DNA of 64,000 bases from Octopus vulgaris (Eukaryota). Each line of letters starts with the position of its first letter. Positions within the stretch are counted from its first letter, which is position 1. A model generated the notes under the pieces. The model worked only from the letters and a program-made list of their open reading frames with translations. It did not search any database and was not told where the DNA came from. A program made the position numbers and the translations under genes. Of the stretch, positions 39,371 through 52,982 are shown one piece after another. Where the stretch lies: contig OX597815.1 in assembly GCA_951406725.2 (NCBI GenBank), positions 160,270,001 to 160,334,000 on the forward strand. Direction: 5' to 3'.

Positions 39371-39949
39371 AAATTGCTGAACTGTCATCTGTCATTTACA
39401 AAAGGAGATTCCATGAATTTAATAACGTACATAAATTTTAGTATATATTAACTGATATAGGTTTACTGTAATATATAACTACTGGAGTAAGTTTACTGTT
39501 GTTATGTTATGTATGATACACAGATGGCTATTTTAATTTGATGTTGTTTCAGTCGTGTACACCAAGTTTTTATTCAGCCCATCAGTTATTCACAATATCA
39601 TTGAATGCATTATTCTCTATTTCCTATAGATCAGAGGGGCCAGATTTCATTTAGGCATGTAACTAGTAAATATACATCATTGATAAAGCTCAAAAAAGCT
39701 GAAACACATCTGGACATTCTTATGTGTCAGTTCTGGGATGATGTTTGTCTTGCTTTGATGTATATTGTGTTTACTATTATGTAAGAGGTCTTTCTTTGTT
39801 TTGGCCTTTTCCTCCTCAATTTGACTTAGATATTTCGTACTGGCAGAGTAGTTTAAATGAGAATTAAAGAAAATATTTGTGATAATTAAAACCTTTACAT
39901 TGTCAATAAAGGAATTAATAACATAATTACCTATCAGGATGTCATACAC

Positions 39950-41545
39950 ATCAAGAAAATTGAAACACCAAGAAAATTTGTTTTATTTTTAGATTGAAAA
40001 GATTCAGTGTATCAACTATCTCAAAATAAGTGCATTAATCATACACCTTCCAAAGATTTCTTAGGGATAAATATTTCAATGCATAGAATCTAACCTATGT
40101 ATTGTAAAAAAAATATAGTCCAATGGATTGGTCTTCCTAAATCAAAAGAAGAAATTGAAAAGTATTTAGTGTCAATAAATTGTTGCCATCAGTTTATACC
40201 AGAAGTCGCAAATATAGCTGAACTTTTGCATATAAGTGAAAGAAATGCCTTTACTCGGGAAATACACCAAGGACAGGCTCATAAAATGGTAAAACGATGT
40301 CTTACACAGTACTCTGTTTTGGCCATAGTCTTTACCAAATATGAATTAACTCTTACTGTTAATGCTTCTGAATTGATAATGGAAAATATAATGTCTCTCT
40401 GTGAGTAACAGAGTCATGCTCAATAAAAAAATGGAGTGGTCTTGGAAGTGAAGTCTGTTGTAGTGCATTGTATGATTAAGAGAGCTTCTATAAGGGAAAT
40501 TCTTAATACTGAAGACTGATCATCAGCCGTTAAATTTCATATTTTCAATAGGATCATGATGTTTTCAGGTAAGCTTTTCAGTGAATTGATAAGTGGGTCC
40601 TCATATTATTATCTCAGCTTGATTTCAAAATCATCCATATATCAGGTAAAACTATTAGTCATACCAATGCTCTTAGTAGATTAAATGTGGCTCAGATCGT
40701 TTTGATACGCTACTTTTTACTAATGCATTACATTCTGACAAAGTTAATAATGAATAACTTGGTATTGATTCTCAAACTGTTTTTGATGTTGAAATCATCA
40801 AAAATCATTTTAAAATTTGTGTTCTTTGTGCATATTTAAAGCTAAAAATATTGCATTGAGAGAGAAAAACTGGTTTAACTCTTTTTGAAAGATAATTTCC
40901 CAAATATTCTTTTAAATTGATTATTGTAGAACAATCTAATCTTTGATAAAAACAAGCTATTTATTCCTGAATATTTCATCATGCAAAAGTTTTTTTTACA
41001 ATTCATGACAACAGGAAAAAGGCAAGGTTTTTGTTTGATTGCCTCATTTTGATAGTGAAGAATTTGTCAGATCTTGTGACATGTTCTCTTAAATTAGATA
41101 TAAAGGTACTCTGGCACTGACAAGTGATTTGAATCACAGCTCTGGGATTATATACAAAATACAGGGATTTTTATCACTGCTGATCCAGCCATTACTTAGA
41201 TTTAAGTCTTTTATATTCCACTGGGAGCTTGAAAGATGTATGAAACTTGCTATTTTCCTAGCTTCTCTAAATTTTATATTCCAATGACAGTGATGTTGGA
41301 ATTTGTTCAATTAAAGGATCAGTTAAGCCATTTTGGTATCAAACAAATTGAAAAATCTATCTATTGTCCAAAGCTTAATGGTACAACTGAAAGAGCTGCA
41401 GAAACAATTATGCTTGCATTGGAATATTACAATTCTTTAATTGGAAAGCTTGATGGGTGTTTGCTAAAACTTTTTTCATGCAGTCTATTGCATCTGGTGC
41501 ATGCAAGTTATTTCCAGCTAGGAAATTATTTGGCAAACAATTAAG
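39950..41545 (+). pseudogene. Highly decayed Ty3/Gypsy pol remnant (RT connection, RNase H, integrase)
   Basis: PKSKEEIEKYL..IN...FIP...LTLTVNAS (cf. LTTDAS), KTDHQPL near 40513, HISGK...NALSR near 40640, and GIKQ...YCPKLNGTTERA (cf. YHPQSNGLAER), in Gypsy order. Confidence 0.7.
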
Positions 41546-43870
41546 AATAACAGTAAACCCTTTTATGAGATTGGAACAATGGTTCACTACAAGAGAAATA
41601 TAATGGAAGTTCCTGTAAATGTACACTATCTGATTCACGTTGGTAGAATTATAGTCTGGATGAAATCTGAATTTGGAAAAAGTCACTGCTAGTAGCTACT
41701 AAACAAATAACTTCTAAATATCTTTGTTGTGGAATATCTGCTAATAATGATATCATCAGCAGCAGGTTGATATCACCAGCTCTTCATCACCAATAGAACT
41801 GTCATTTGAATATGTGATCCTCTGTAGTAATGTTTCTAACATGTCAACATTATTGATTTATCCAATTAGTATTGCTGCTAATAATCTATCTCCAGCACTT
41901 ACTGTGCTTCCATCACTACTAAATCATGCTAATCCTTACAGCTACTTAAGTAGTATGACATCATAGTGTATGATGTGCAGGCTTACAAAGGCAATTCAGA
42001 ATTCACAAAGAATGATTTATCTTAAGTATTTGGAGTAATGTTATATTTATAGTATTACATTATTAGGTTTTAACATATCCAGTCAACATTGTTACTCTCA
42101 GCTATCTACCTACATGGTTTATGATATCATTGTTTTGCTAATATTGTTGCTTGTATTATGGAAATAAGCTACAGAATCATTAGAGCATTGGAAAATTTCT
42201 TTGTGGCACTTGTTTTAGCTCATTACGATCTGAGCTCAGATCTTGCTGAGGTCAACTTTGCCTTTCATCCTTTTGGGGTTGATACAATAAAATTCCAGTC
42301 AAATACTGTGGCTGATGGCATCAACTAATCCAGCATCCCAAAATTGCTGGCCCTGTGCCAAAATGTGTAATTATATTATTGCGTGAATTTTACAAGCTTG
42401 CTAATGATCAGAACTATTCTAGGTGACTACCAGTTTGATTTCAAACAGTTTCAGTGTGCCATTTAATTATGCTGATTAAATTTTATAGTCAGTTTTAACA
42501 ACCATCTAAAGTTTTGAACTCATTCCCTTGCTGTTGAGGATTTATGTAATTATAAGCTTATTCATAGGAAGTAAGCCTATTCTGACATACTATATTTTCC
42601 AGAATATAAGCTAACATAGTACATAGTGTAAACATGCAGTGAAAACATTTAAACATCATCACTATCTTTCCGAATTCTGCTGCATTTTACATGGAGTTTT
42701 TGGTCCTCCATAGTCATCATGGTGTATAAGTCAACCTATCTTCTATAATTCAGGTTGGTGGTATTTGCACTAGGTCAATGGACCAATTCCATCCTGGTAG
42801 CCAGCTACTTGACAGAGATGAGAATCAAAACTATCCCTCACCCTCCCCACAGTGACTTTCAGTTGTTCCCCAAGCTTAATGATAGCCTCAGCAGAAGATG
42901 AGGAGGTTGTGATAAGGACTCTGGATACAATTGCTTCAGAGGGGTTTACTTAGGGCCTTCGTGAAGAGGATGAAGCATTGAAATCAAGGATCATACTTTG
43001 AAGGAGATTAGAGTTTTGTACTTCTTTGAAATAAATGCCTCTCCTGAAAAAGTCTCAAAACTTCTGTTAGAGATATCGAGGCATCTAATACAGTGCCGAT
43101 TGATAACCAAACCTAGGGTAAGTGTTTGTTAACTGAAATCATCTGTAGCCAGGTTAATTTCTAGGTAATTAAACCCATTAGATTTCAAGTGGACTATTTA
43201 TTATTGCTACTGAGAGCTGGCACACCAATCCTCATAAAGTTGATCAGTTGTAAGATGGATAAGTCATAAGTCAACGATGACCTGTGTGTGTGTGTGTGTG
43301 AATGTACATGGTTAGCATGTCAGGCTCACAGGCATGAGGTAGTGAGTTCAATTACTGAACTGGGCTGCATGTTGTTTTCTTGGGTAAGTAACTTTATTTC
43401 ACATTTCTCCGGTTTATTCAACTGTAGAAATGAGTTGCGACATCACGGTGCCAAACTGTATCAGTCTTTGCTTTTCCTTGGATAACATCAGTGGCATGCA
43501 GAGGGGAGACTGGTATGCATGGGTAACTGCTGGTCTTCCATAAACAACCTTGCCTGAACTTGTGCCTCAAAGGGGAACTTTCTAGGTGCAATCCAATGGG
43601 CATTCGTAACTGAAGGGAGTCTCTTCTTTTTCATGTATAAATATAAATATATATATATATATAATGCACACACACATATAGATGTATGTACATGTGCATA
43701 CACACACACATATAGAATACACTCTTATGTACATACATACATACATACATATGTATGTGGATGCATACCTATTGTAAATGCAATGAAAGAACCAAAATAA
43801 AAGCACAATACAGGTAGGATAACTTTTAACAAATATTGTATTACCTTAACACTTGAAAGTAAGGAAAGAG

Positions 43871-43906
43871 TCTTAATGTTTCAGACATTAGTCTTTCATC
43901 AGAAGA
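43871..43906 (-). ncRNA. Minimal hammerhead motif in an old PLE-type tail (about 43770-44200)
   Basis: UCUU-CUGAUGA-A-AGAC(UAAU)GUCU-GAAA-C-AUU-AAGA. Downstream sequence resembles the tails after the 27370 and 56999 motifs. Confidence 0.7.
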
Positions 43907-44899
43907 AAGCATAGGAGGATCAAGAAAGACGAAAAGTTGTTGAGAAGAAAAAGAGAAAGTAAGAAATAGATGAGGACTCAGGAACCAAGTGGGAATGTAA
44001 TTCAAAGGGGGTAGGTGCAGTTAAAAAACCAAGTGGGGGCAGGTGTATATGTGCACATATAGGAGTGTATACATGGAAGAAAAGTATAAGGGAATTGAAA
44101 TAAGAGGGAAAAGATAGGAGTTCAGGGAAAGACGAGAGGAGAAGTGAGAGAAGAATAAGAGAAAAACTAGGGAAAGAATAGTTGCAATACAACAATATTA
44201 TAAAAACATTTTAGTTATTCAAGAGAGGAAAACCATTGATGCATATAGAGGGACAAGAGACTAAAGGGGTGTGCATGTGTTGGAGTGTAAAGCATATAAA
44301 TGGAAGGGAGAAGAAATGGAAAGAGAACAAAGTTGCAAGTTCAAAGACAAAAGAGAAGCAAGAGAGAAATTAGAGAAAAACTAATTACAGTTTAGCACTG
44401 ATAAAAAGAAGTGAGTTCTGTGAGAGAAGAAATGTTATTTTGAAATCACACAATACAACATTGGGGAAAAATCCAAGCAAACAGAAATGTCCATGTATGT
44501 GTGTACATACATACATAAATACATAAATGTGTGTGTGGTAGAGAGAGAGAGAGAGAAAGAGAGAGTGTACGATATATACATACTGATGCACATACAAATC
44601 ACCATTTGTCTATACTTACAACATAGCTAATCTCCACAGGAGGAGCATTAAACTTCATAATATTTCTGTTTTACTAGAAATCTTAGCATTGATGCTTACT
44701 AGAAGAAGGTAATCTTTCTTGACACAAACAGTGATAGGGTCATGCCAAGCTATGCCCAGAAATGGTTATGCCTTTTAAAAAGACTTAGTTATCATTCTGT
44801 GTATTTTTATTGAGCATTTTTATTTTCATTTTCCGATCTGTTTGGTTGAACTGGTTGACAACTGTCACTCAAAATATTGGTTTCACTCGTGCTTTTTAG

Positions 44900-45006
44900 T
44901 GGAGATGATGGCGGGAAATGAAAAAGAACCACTAAGATATTTTTATGTCCAGCGGGAAAATAACCAAAGCATGGAAGAGTTGGAAGAATTTAACTGTCAT
45001 TGTGAG
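44900..45006 (+). CDS. Candidate 107-nt internal exon (EMMAGNEKEPLRYFYVQRENNQSMEELEEFNCHCE)
   Basis: GCTTTTTAG acceptor, GAG|GTATGA donor, fully open frame in unique, non-repetitive sequence. Protein not recognised. Confidence 0.45.
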
Positions 45007-45689
45007 GTATGAGATTCAATCAAATTCAAAGATACTGTCTTCAGCAATGCAGGAAAGTAAATAATAATATTTTTTGAGGTTTTTTTTTTTGTGGCAATGA
45101 TAGTGGTAAGGGTGGTGGTGGTAGCAGTAGCGGTGGTAGCATTGGTGGCAGCTGTAGCAGCAGTGATGGTGGTGAGGAGAATGAAGGGAGAAGCATGATG
45201 ACAGTGGTGGGATGATGAGGACAACGACGATAATGATGGTAGTGAGAGATGAGGAGGATGACAGGAGGAAGAGGAGGAGAAGGGAGAAGTAAGAGGAGGA
45301 TTACAATTTGGGTTATGGTGGTGGTGGTTTTGCTGTGGAGGAAGAGGAAGCTGACAATGAAGATAATGATAACAGCAAAGTTAATCTGGCTTTCATCATT
45401 ATCATGAATACCTGTATATGAAGATAGACAGCTGAAGTTTAAGCGGCAAATGGTTAGGTTGTTGCTGTTGTTGTTATGGTTATCACCAATTCATGTTGCT
45501 ATGGTTGCAGTTGCAGAATGGCTTCTGTTCAAATGGTCTCAAGATTTGAAACCCCTATAAAAAAACTCGCTATGAGAATTTTGATGTGGTAAATTTGAAA
45601 GAACAATATGCATTCCATTCAGAAAATGGCTCCATGGGAGAAAATTCTGCTCCATTGGAACCCAAACTATTAATTTACATATGGTCCAT

Positions 45690-46097
45690 GCTGGGTCTGC
45701 CTGACTAGCTCTTATGCCAGTGGCGTGTAAAAAGCAGCATCCGAACATGGCTGATGCTAGTAACCCCTGACTGGCACCCTTGCTGGGACACATAAAAGCA
45801 TCATCTGAACATGGCTGATGCCAGTACCCCCTGACTGGCCCTGTGCTGGTGGCATGTAAAAAGCACTATCCAAACGGAATTGATGCCAGGCCCACCTGAC
45901 TGGCTCCTGTGCCAGTAGCACGTAAAAAGCACCCTCTACACTCTCGGAATGGTTAGCATTAGGAAGGGCATCCAGCTGTAGAAACATTGCCAGATCAGAT
46001 TGGAGCCTGGTGCAGCTGCTGGCTCTCCAGACCTCAGTCAAACCGTCCAACCCATGCCAGAATAGAAAACGGAGGTTAAATAATGATGATGATGATG
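45690..46097 (+). mobile_element. RTE-like LINE 3'UTR with tandem repeats and (GAT)n tail
   Basis: Repeated TAAAAAGCA units at about 60-65 bp spacing, followed by the conserved tail. Confidence 0.8.
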
Positions 46098-46187
46098 TAT
46101 TATGGAACTTCAGGTGGCCTTGATCCCTGTTTGTATCTTGCCCTATGGACATTAGTGAGGGAATATGACCCATAGGCTAGGGTCATA

Positions 46188-46420
46188 TGGTGGCGAGCTA
46201 GCAGAAACATTAGCACACCGGGTGAAATGCTTAGCGGTATTTCATCTGCTGTTACATTCTGAGTTCAAATTCTGCCGAGGTCAACTTTATCTTTCATCCT
46301 TCCAGGGTCGATTAAATAAGTACCAGTTATGCACTGGGGTCGATATAATCGACTTAATCCATTTGTCTGTCCTTGTTTGTCCTCTCTGTGTTTAGCCCAT
46401 TGTGGGTAGTAAAGAAATAG
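46188..46420 (+). mobile_element. SINE family B, full length
   Basis: GGTGGCGAGCTAGCAGAAACATTAGC...GAGTTCAAATTC...AAAGAAATA. Confidence 0.85.
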
Positions 46421-49400
46421 GTTAGGGTGTTGCACTTACAATTGTAATATCATGGTTTTGATTTCTCAACCAGGCAGTATATTATGTACTGGAGCAAAGC
46501 TCTTCATCTCATGTTGCTCCATCTCACTCAAATATAAATTGAGACCAGAGAAGTTAATACTGCCATGAACTGGCGTTCTATTCACTGGATGGGGAATGTT
46601 GTAATTTAGTCACTTATAAGTCATAGAAATTGTGTTAAGCTCCAGCCTTGTGAATCTTAGGTTTCATACCGACCTAACTATAACTATTCTGTAGTTGTAT
46701 CTCTGCATATCTTTCCATGACCATTACTATTGTTAACTATAATGACAGCATCACTGAAATTACTGAATTTGTGATGAGTCTCATATGTTTAAAAAAGTTT
46801 TTGCTTATCCATCAATCCTGCTTGTGGGGATTTAAGCAGATATGCTGGATGCAGTGTCATTACCAATTACGATGTAATAGCAAATAGCACAAAAAATTTA
46901 TAGTAATACCTATGTCACCAGTTGATGAATATTGTTGTGTAATAGTTTTCTTAAAGTTGTACTTTATTAAGAATCCAGTAATTGTCTTGGAATCTTTGGC
47001 CACCTTCTCACAATCAAGCAAATGAACAAGACTCCAACATACATATTAATCTACTTCTATAAGAAGTACACACTAAAAATCAATGTGCAAAAAAAAAGTG
47101 TCGTAGGAAATACAATACATTACTAAATAGCCTTGAAGCCAGAGAATTATTAACTAGTTAGAAGTAGTAGCAAAATCTCTCTTAAATAACACACTGCAAG
47201 CTTAGCAAAAGTAAGACATAGTGTACAATTTAATTCTAGATCTATAAAAGAGTGAAATACTTTTAGTATATGAATACTAGGCTAGGGTTGATAAGAGGCT
47301 AAAAACAACTAAATTGTATCATTTTATCACCCATTTTTGTTTTGCTAAATACTGATGAAACTCACATAAAGTAGCAAAGTTCAAAAAGTACATTTTTGCA
47401 ATCTATCTTTTACAAAATGTGTTTCTCAATGCTGTATCAGGAATCTCCAGTCCTAATCGGTTTTGGTAGGTCTGCAGTTTCAGGTTGTATGTCTCTGCCA
47501 ACATCATCAATATAGTTGAGTGCTCTTCATCCTCTATTAAGAAGCAGTTGTTGAAAATATAAGGCATTACATGATCTGGTATTTAGCATGTATGCCTACA
47601 TTGCATTTAACAGTAATAGTAAAGATGGGTAGAGTATGTTCATAAATTTCTGTTTTGGTCTTATGCTCAAGCCATGAAATGATTGAGCCCTCACTGAGAA
47701 GCATGGAGTACATCTCATCAAACCACCCTTGAAGCCCCTTCTTCTTAGTTTAGTGTACAGCTAAATTGAGATGACTGCACTCTACACATGCCCTGAAGAA
47801 GGCCATCCTTGTTGTCTTTGAAATGCTTGGTTGCTAGTTATTGTAAAACTTGTTACAAGCTCTAAGCTAGTCCTGGTCAAACCAAGTCAACCCATAACCA
47901 GTCTCACTTCAGTTGTTATTCTCCCATATTTTGTGAGGTAAACTGGACTACATTATCTAAAATGTTCTTTCTTTATTTTTACTTTTTGTTACCATATTTT
48001 GCTTGAAAAATACCTCTTTGTTTCAACTCATTTCAAAACTAATGAAGAATATAATAAAGCAACTTTATCATGGAACTGATGTCTGGAACAAATTAAAGAA
48101 ATTTAAATTGGGATCTTTAATTTAGATCACAGAAAAGTTGTGCCATAGAGCCAGAAGCAGTCTCAGGCAGTTTGGTATTAAAAGGGTTTTAAGATAAACA
48201 GTGTGATCTGTGGAAGATTTTAGGGAAAACTACTACTACTACTACCACCACCACTATTACTGCTGCTGTTGCTGCAGAAAAAATGGCTGAAATTTTCTGG
48301 GAGAGTGCCATTCAATTGCATCAACCCCAGTACTCAACTGGGCCAGAAGAAATTCCACTACACATTTTGTTGGGTATGCAAACAATTCGACCAGCACACT
48401 GCCCAAATGATAACAATGGTATTAACAAACTTTTAAGGATGGAAAGAATTCCAGTTAGATTTAGTACTGGAGAGAATGAACTGTACAGAATGATCAAAAT
48501 ATTTAGTACAAAGTTTGTATACTACAACAATAGAAATGATTATGAAATGCAGGTCATAAAGGAAGCACTTGTTAATAATTACTTTCTTCATTAGTTCATC
48601 TTAGTGATGTTGAAACTGAAAACAATAGGGAGGTAGTTAGCACTCTCTTACAGTGAAGTAATGAAGTGCAGCTTCAAACAGCAATCCAGTTTAATAATAT
48701 TTTTGTCTGAGTCATTCACGCACTTCATCGTATTTTAATCAGTGAGGAATTCATATCATACCATTTTGTAATGCAAGAAGCAAGTGTGATTAAATGATGT
48801 GATGAAAATGATAGGAAAGAGAAAAAGAGAGGAGTGAGAAAACACGAGGGAGAGAAATGTAAAGCGAAGGAGAAAGAAAGGGTGTGAGAAAGAAAGGATG
48901 GAAGAGAAAGAGCAGTGAGAAATTGAAGAAATGGACATGTTTTTTTCCTCTTTTCATTTCATGAAATGGTAGAGACTAATATGAAGGTGATTTAGCAGCA
49001 AGTTCTAATATATTAAAACAGTGGATATATCTTAATGACTATTATGATAGTTATAATAATGACGATGAGATGGTGTGTGTGACAATGTGGGGTGATGATG
49101 ATGATAATAGTGGCAGTATTAATTTTATTGATGGTAAGGACAGTGATAGTCTTTATATTGCTGCTACTGATGATGATGAACATCATAGTAGTCTTTATCA
49201 TTTAAACATGAAAAGTTTCTTTGGTCATTGCCTATATTCTTAGAAGGTTAAATATCACTTGATATTCTAAATAAATTGAAGTATTGTTTATAAAGAGGGG
49301 TAGAATCTCTTGTAGCTACACTTGTATCTAAAAAATACATGTGACAATTAAAGACACTCTTTCAACAATCGTTTGCATAAGTAGGAATATTTCAAGTACT

Positions 49401-49477
49401 TTTTCCCATAGTTTATGAACACATCTCATTTCCTTTGTAACTCTTCAAGTAGTTTATCTGTTTTGCAAAGCATTTAA

Positions 49478-50336
49478 TAAGGTCTCCAAAAATATTTAGA
49501 AATCACAGAAACATTTATTGTCAATGATGTTTGCATCATTTTAAAGTTTGAACATTTATCTATTTTTCTACATAATCGCCATTCCACTCTATGTATTTTT
49601 GTAGGTGCTGGGGCAGTTTTTGTATGCCCTTATCATATCAGCTCACCACCATGTCATTGAAGAAGCATTGAACCTCATCTTTTACTTTATCGTCGTTGCT
49701 GAAAGCACATTCTGACCAAATGATCTTTCAACTTAGGGAACAGGTGGTAGTCACTGGGTGCCAAGTCCAGACTATAAGATGGGTTGCTGTTTATGATCTT
49801 CTGTGAACATTCGTGGGATCCATCTTGCACACACCTTCTGATATTGCAACTTTTCACTCAAAATCCTATGAATAGTGCTTTGGAAAACCTCAGGAACCAA
49901 AATGTGGAGATCATCCAGAGTGATCTGCTGATTTTCACGCAAGATCTGCTCAACTATCGCGACTGTCTTGTTGAAAACTTATGGTTACCCACTTCTTTCG
50001 TCATCATGAATTTCAGTACAGCCAGCTGCAAACTCCCTACACCATTTGTGGACGTTTTTGACATCCATACATGATGCACTATACACTTCCATTAATTGGC
50101 AAAGAATTTCAATTGGTTTAATGCCTTTTGCATTCAAAAATCATAACTGCATGAACTTCACACTTGGTGGTAGCATCAATCAGGAGTGCCATCAGATACA
50201 ACTGCTAAACCAAGACTGAGCATAGCAGTGAGGCATGTGCAGGGGCATGCTCAGGTGCATGGGCAACAAACACAACAGTGTTGTCAATAGCCACGTGCTC
50301 AGTTTTCCTGCATCCCCAGCACTTTGGAGACCTTAC
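49478..50336 (-). mobile_element. Internally deleted mariner element
   Basis: TIRs TAAGGTCTCCAAA / TTTGGAGACCTTA. The minus strand reads PSYSLDLAPSDYHLFPKLKDHL near 49720-49785 and a GDYVEK-like C-terminus. Confidence 0.8.
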
Positions 50337-51220
50337 TTTTGGGATTATTCTCATAATACTTACAGAAAATACTTCCTAGATTATATGTAATTTTTTTCCT
50401 CTTTATGTCACATTAGTCTATAAATCTGCACCTCTGTCTCTGAAAAGTTGCCCTCCAAGAACAGGCCCCCAGGCAAGGTGTTTTTCCTTTCCTTATGGAA
50501 TCCCAGTAGTTCCTTTGTAATGCAACCCTTGTAGTCCAAAGAAATTCTGTTAGACCCATACAATCATAGAAAGAGGATATCAAATACTGATCATTAAGAT
50601 GAACCTTTAACATATTGATAAAGTCAGAACAGATGAACTATAAAAGAGTACTGATTTAAAATGCTGAAACTTTTATAATGGAAAGTCTTGATACCCTTGT
50701 TAGCTTCTTAACTCTTCATATCATAGGTGACCTTGAAAGTATCAGATTTTTGCAAAAGGTATTGTCTATAATGTCAAGAAATTAATTTGTTGTGACATCT
50801 ATGTCAATTGCAAATATGAACACAAACTAAACCAGTAATGTATTAAGACGACATTTGTATGTTATTTCCTTTTGTATTTTTGTATATTTTTTGGTGTTCA
50901 TTTGTACTTCACTTAGTACCGCTTGTTTTGATAAACAGTCTGAACAATTAAAATTCGAAATGATTCAGAATTATGTATGCATTGGTTTATAGAGTATTTC
51001 TTTTCAACTGACAGCAAATTAATTACATCCTTATCAGATAATTTTATTTTTGTTCTTTTAATTCACCATAACATTCTGCAAACAATAACACAACGGCAAA
51101 CAAAATCAAACACATTTTGTTAGCTCTTAATAGAACAGAGCAAACTGAAGTTATGAACTTGCTTGTTATGGGTGAAAAGACGTTAGTTTGTTTTCGATTT
51201 TTTTCCCTCTATTGCTGCAG

Positions 51221-51291
51221 TTCATACATTCCTTGTAAATTGTGTTGAGCTTGAAGAAAATATCCATTGGAAAATGAAAGATTCCCTTTAA
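51221..51291 (+). CDS. Candidate terminal coding exon (HTFLVNCVELEENIHWKMKDSL*)
   Basis: Strong acceptor TTTTTTTCCCTCTATTGCTGCAG followed by a short open frame to TAA. No homology recognised. Confidence 0.25.
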
Positions 51292-51911
51292 ATAGTGCCA
51301 TTGAAAATGCCAGTTATCCATTTTGGAATGAGATATCAGTAAACAATTAACAAGAACGTTAAGATACATTTTATTTTGAGGCTGGTGTCAAAATATTGAG
51401 TTTGTGCTGTTGTTTAACCCCTAGATCAGTATTTTTTCTCCAAACCGATCATTACATTCCACTCATGACCATCTGTTAGGGAATCACATTTCCCTCAATA
51501 TATATTTATTATATATTTTTTCTGTTATAATTTAAGATCTTCAGCACACTCAAATAAATATCAGTTCATTTCAATATTCCTTTACAAACTGCTTATATTT
51601 TTTCTCATCCTTCACTTTCTTGCATAAACTATATTATTGCTATTAAGTACTAGTTTTTGATCCCAAAACGTATTTTGTATGTCAATTAAAAGAGCTAAAA
51701 AATGGTATGCTTACTTTATCGCTTGCTGTCTAACATTGCCAATTTGTAATAATTTTGTTTCAAGTTTAATCCCGCAGCACAGTTGCCTCAATCAAGGGTA
51801 TTCTTTCATAGCTGTGAGTCAACGTAATTGGTCATATGCCTGATAGGGATATGGTTTTGATTCCCAGACATGTTGTGTTATGTTCTTGAGCAAAACACTT
51901 TATTTTACATT

Positions 51912-52020
51912 ATACTAGAAGACACTTGCTCAAAGTGCCATGCAGTGGGACTGAACCTAGAACCATGTGATTGGTAAGCCACTCCTTCTATATATATAAT
52001 ATTTATATGTATGTACATAT

Positions 52021-52081
<61 letters not shown>

Positions 52082-52108
52082 TACATATGTATATATATAA
52101 ATATATAT

Positions 52109-52150
<42 letters not shown>

Positions 52151-52364
52151 TATATAATATGTATATGTATATATGTATATACATTATTTACATTTGACGG
52201 ATATTTGTCCTCATCTAGTTTGTTGTTAACACAACATTTCGGCTGATATAACCTCCAGCCTTCTTCAGGTGTCTTGGGGAAATTACGAACCTGGGTTCTC
52301 ATTCTTAATATCCGTCGAATATAAATAATGTAAATAATTCCTCATTTCTTAGATATAGAACTGT
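51912..52364 (-). mobile_element. Second HHR-element copy with 5' inversion, co-mobilised flank and 15-bp TSD
   Basis: ACTTTATTTTACATT at 51897-51911 and 52365-52379. Segment 51916-52305 is the reverse complement of about 15742-16196. Segment 52309-52364 is an inverted tail. Confidence 0.85.
52228..52273 (-). ncRNA. Minimal hammerhead ribozyme motif, intact core
   Basis: GACAC-CUGAAGA-A-GGCUG(loop)CAGCC-GAAA-U-GUU-GUGUU. Confidence 0.8.
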
Positions 52365-52982
52365 ACTTTATTTTACATTGCTCCAGTTCACGCAGCTGTA
52401 AATGGGTAACTTTGTGACAGATTAGCATACACAGGTTAGATGGTGACTCTGGAAAATCACTCATTCTAATAAGCCACATTTTGAATTCAGCAATCAAAAG
52501 GGATTAATAGTATAACCTGCACTGTGATTTCCAGCTGATTGGGATTGGTTGTTCAACCACAGCGAAGGTTAATTGATTGATTGGTTGATTGAGTTGACTA
52601 CAACCATGTGAACAAAATCCTAAGCACAAGTCCGGGCAAGACTGTTTATGGAAGTCCAGCAGTTGCCCATGCATACCAGCCTCCCTTCTCTATACCACCA
52701 TTGTTTTTCAAAGGAAATGCAAGGGCTGATGCAGCTTGGCACCAGTGACATTGCAACTCATTTCTACAGCTGAATGAACTGGAACAACATGAAATAAAGC
52801 ATATTGCTCAAGAACACAAAACACACCCCAATCCAGAAATTCAGCTCACTACCTCATGATTGTGAACCTGACACTCCAATCCTGAGCCATGTGCCTTTAC
52901 ACACATATATATATATATACACACACATATCGAATTGTATTATATATATATAAATATATATAACTATATTTCCTTATATATA

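Noticed and set aside
45511-45700. Open frame interrupted by a single TGA (possible exon or selenocysteine readthrough)
   Set aside because: No homology, no SECIS seen, and the frame runs into a LINE tail. Unsupported.
47791-47830. CUGAAGAAGGC...GAAAU possible hammerhead
   Set aside because: Stem II does not close next to GAAA and stem I is unconvincing.
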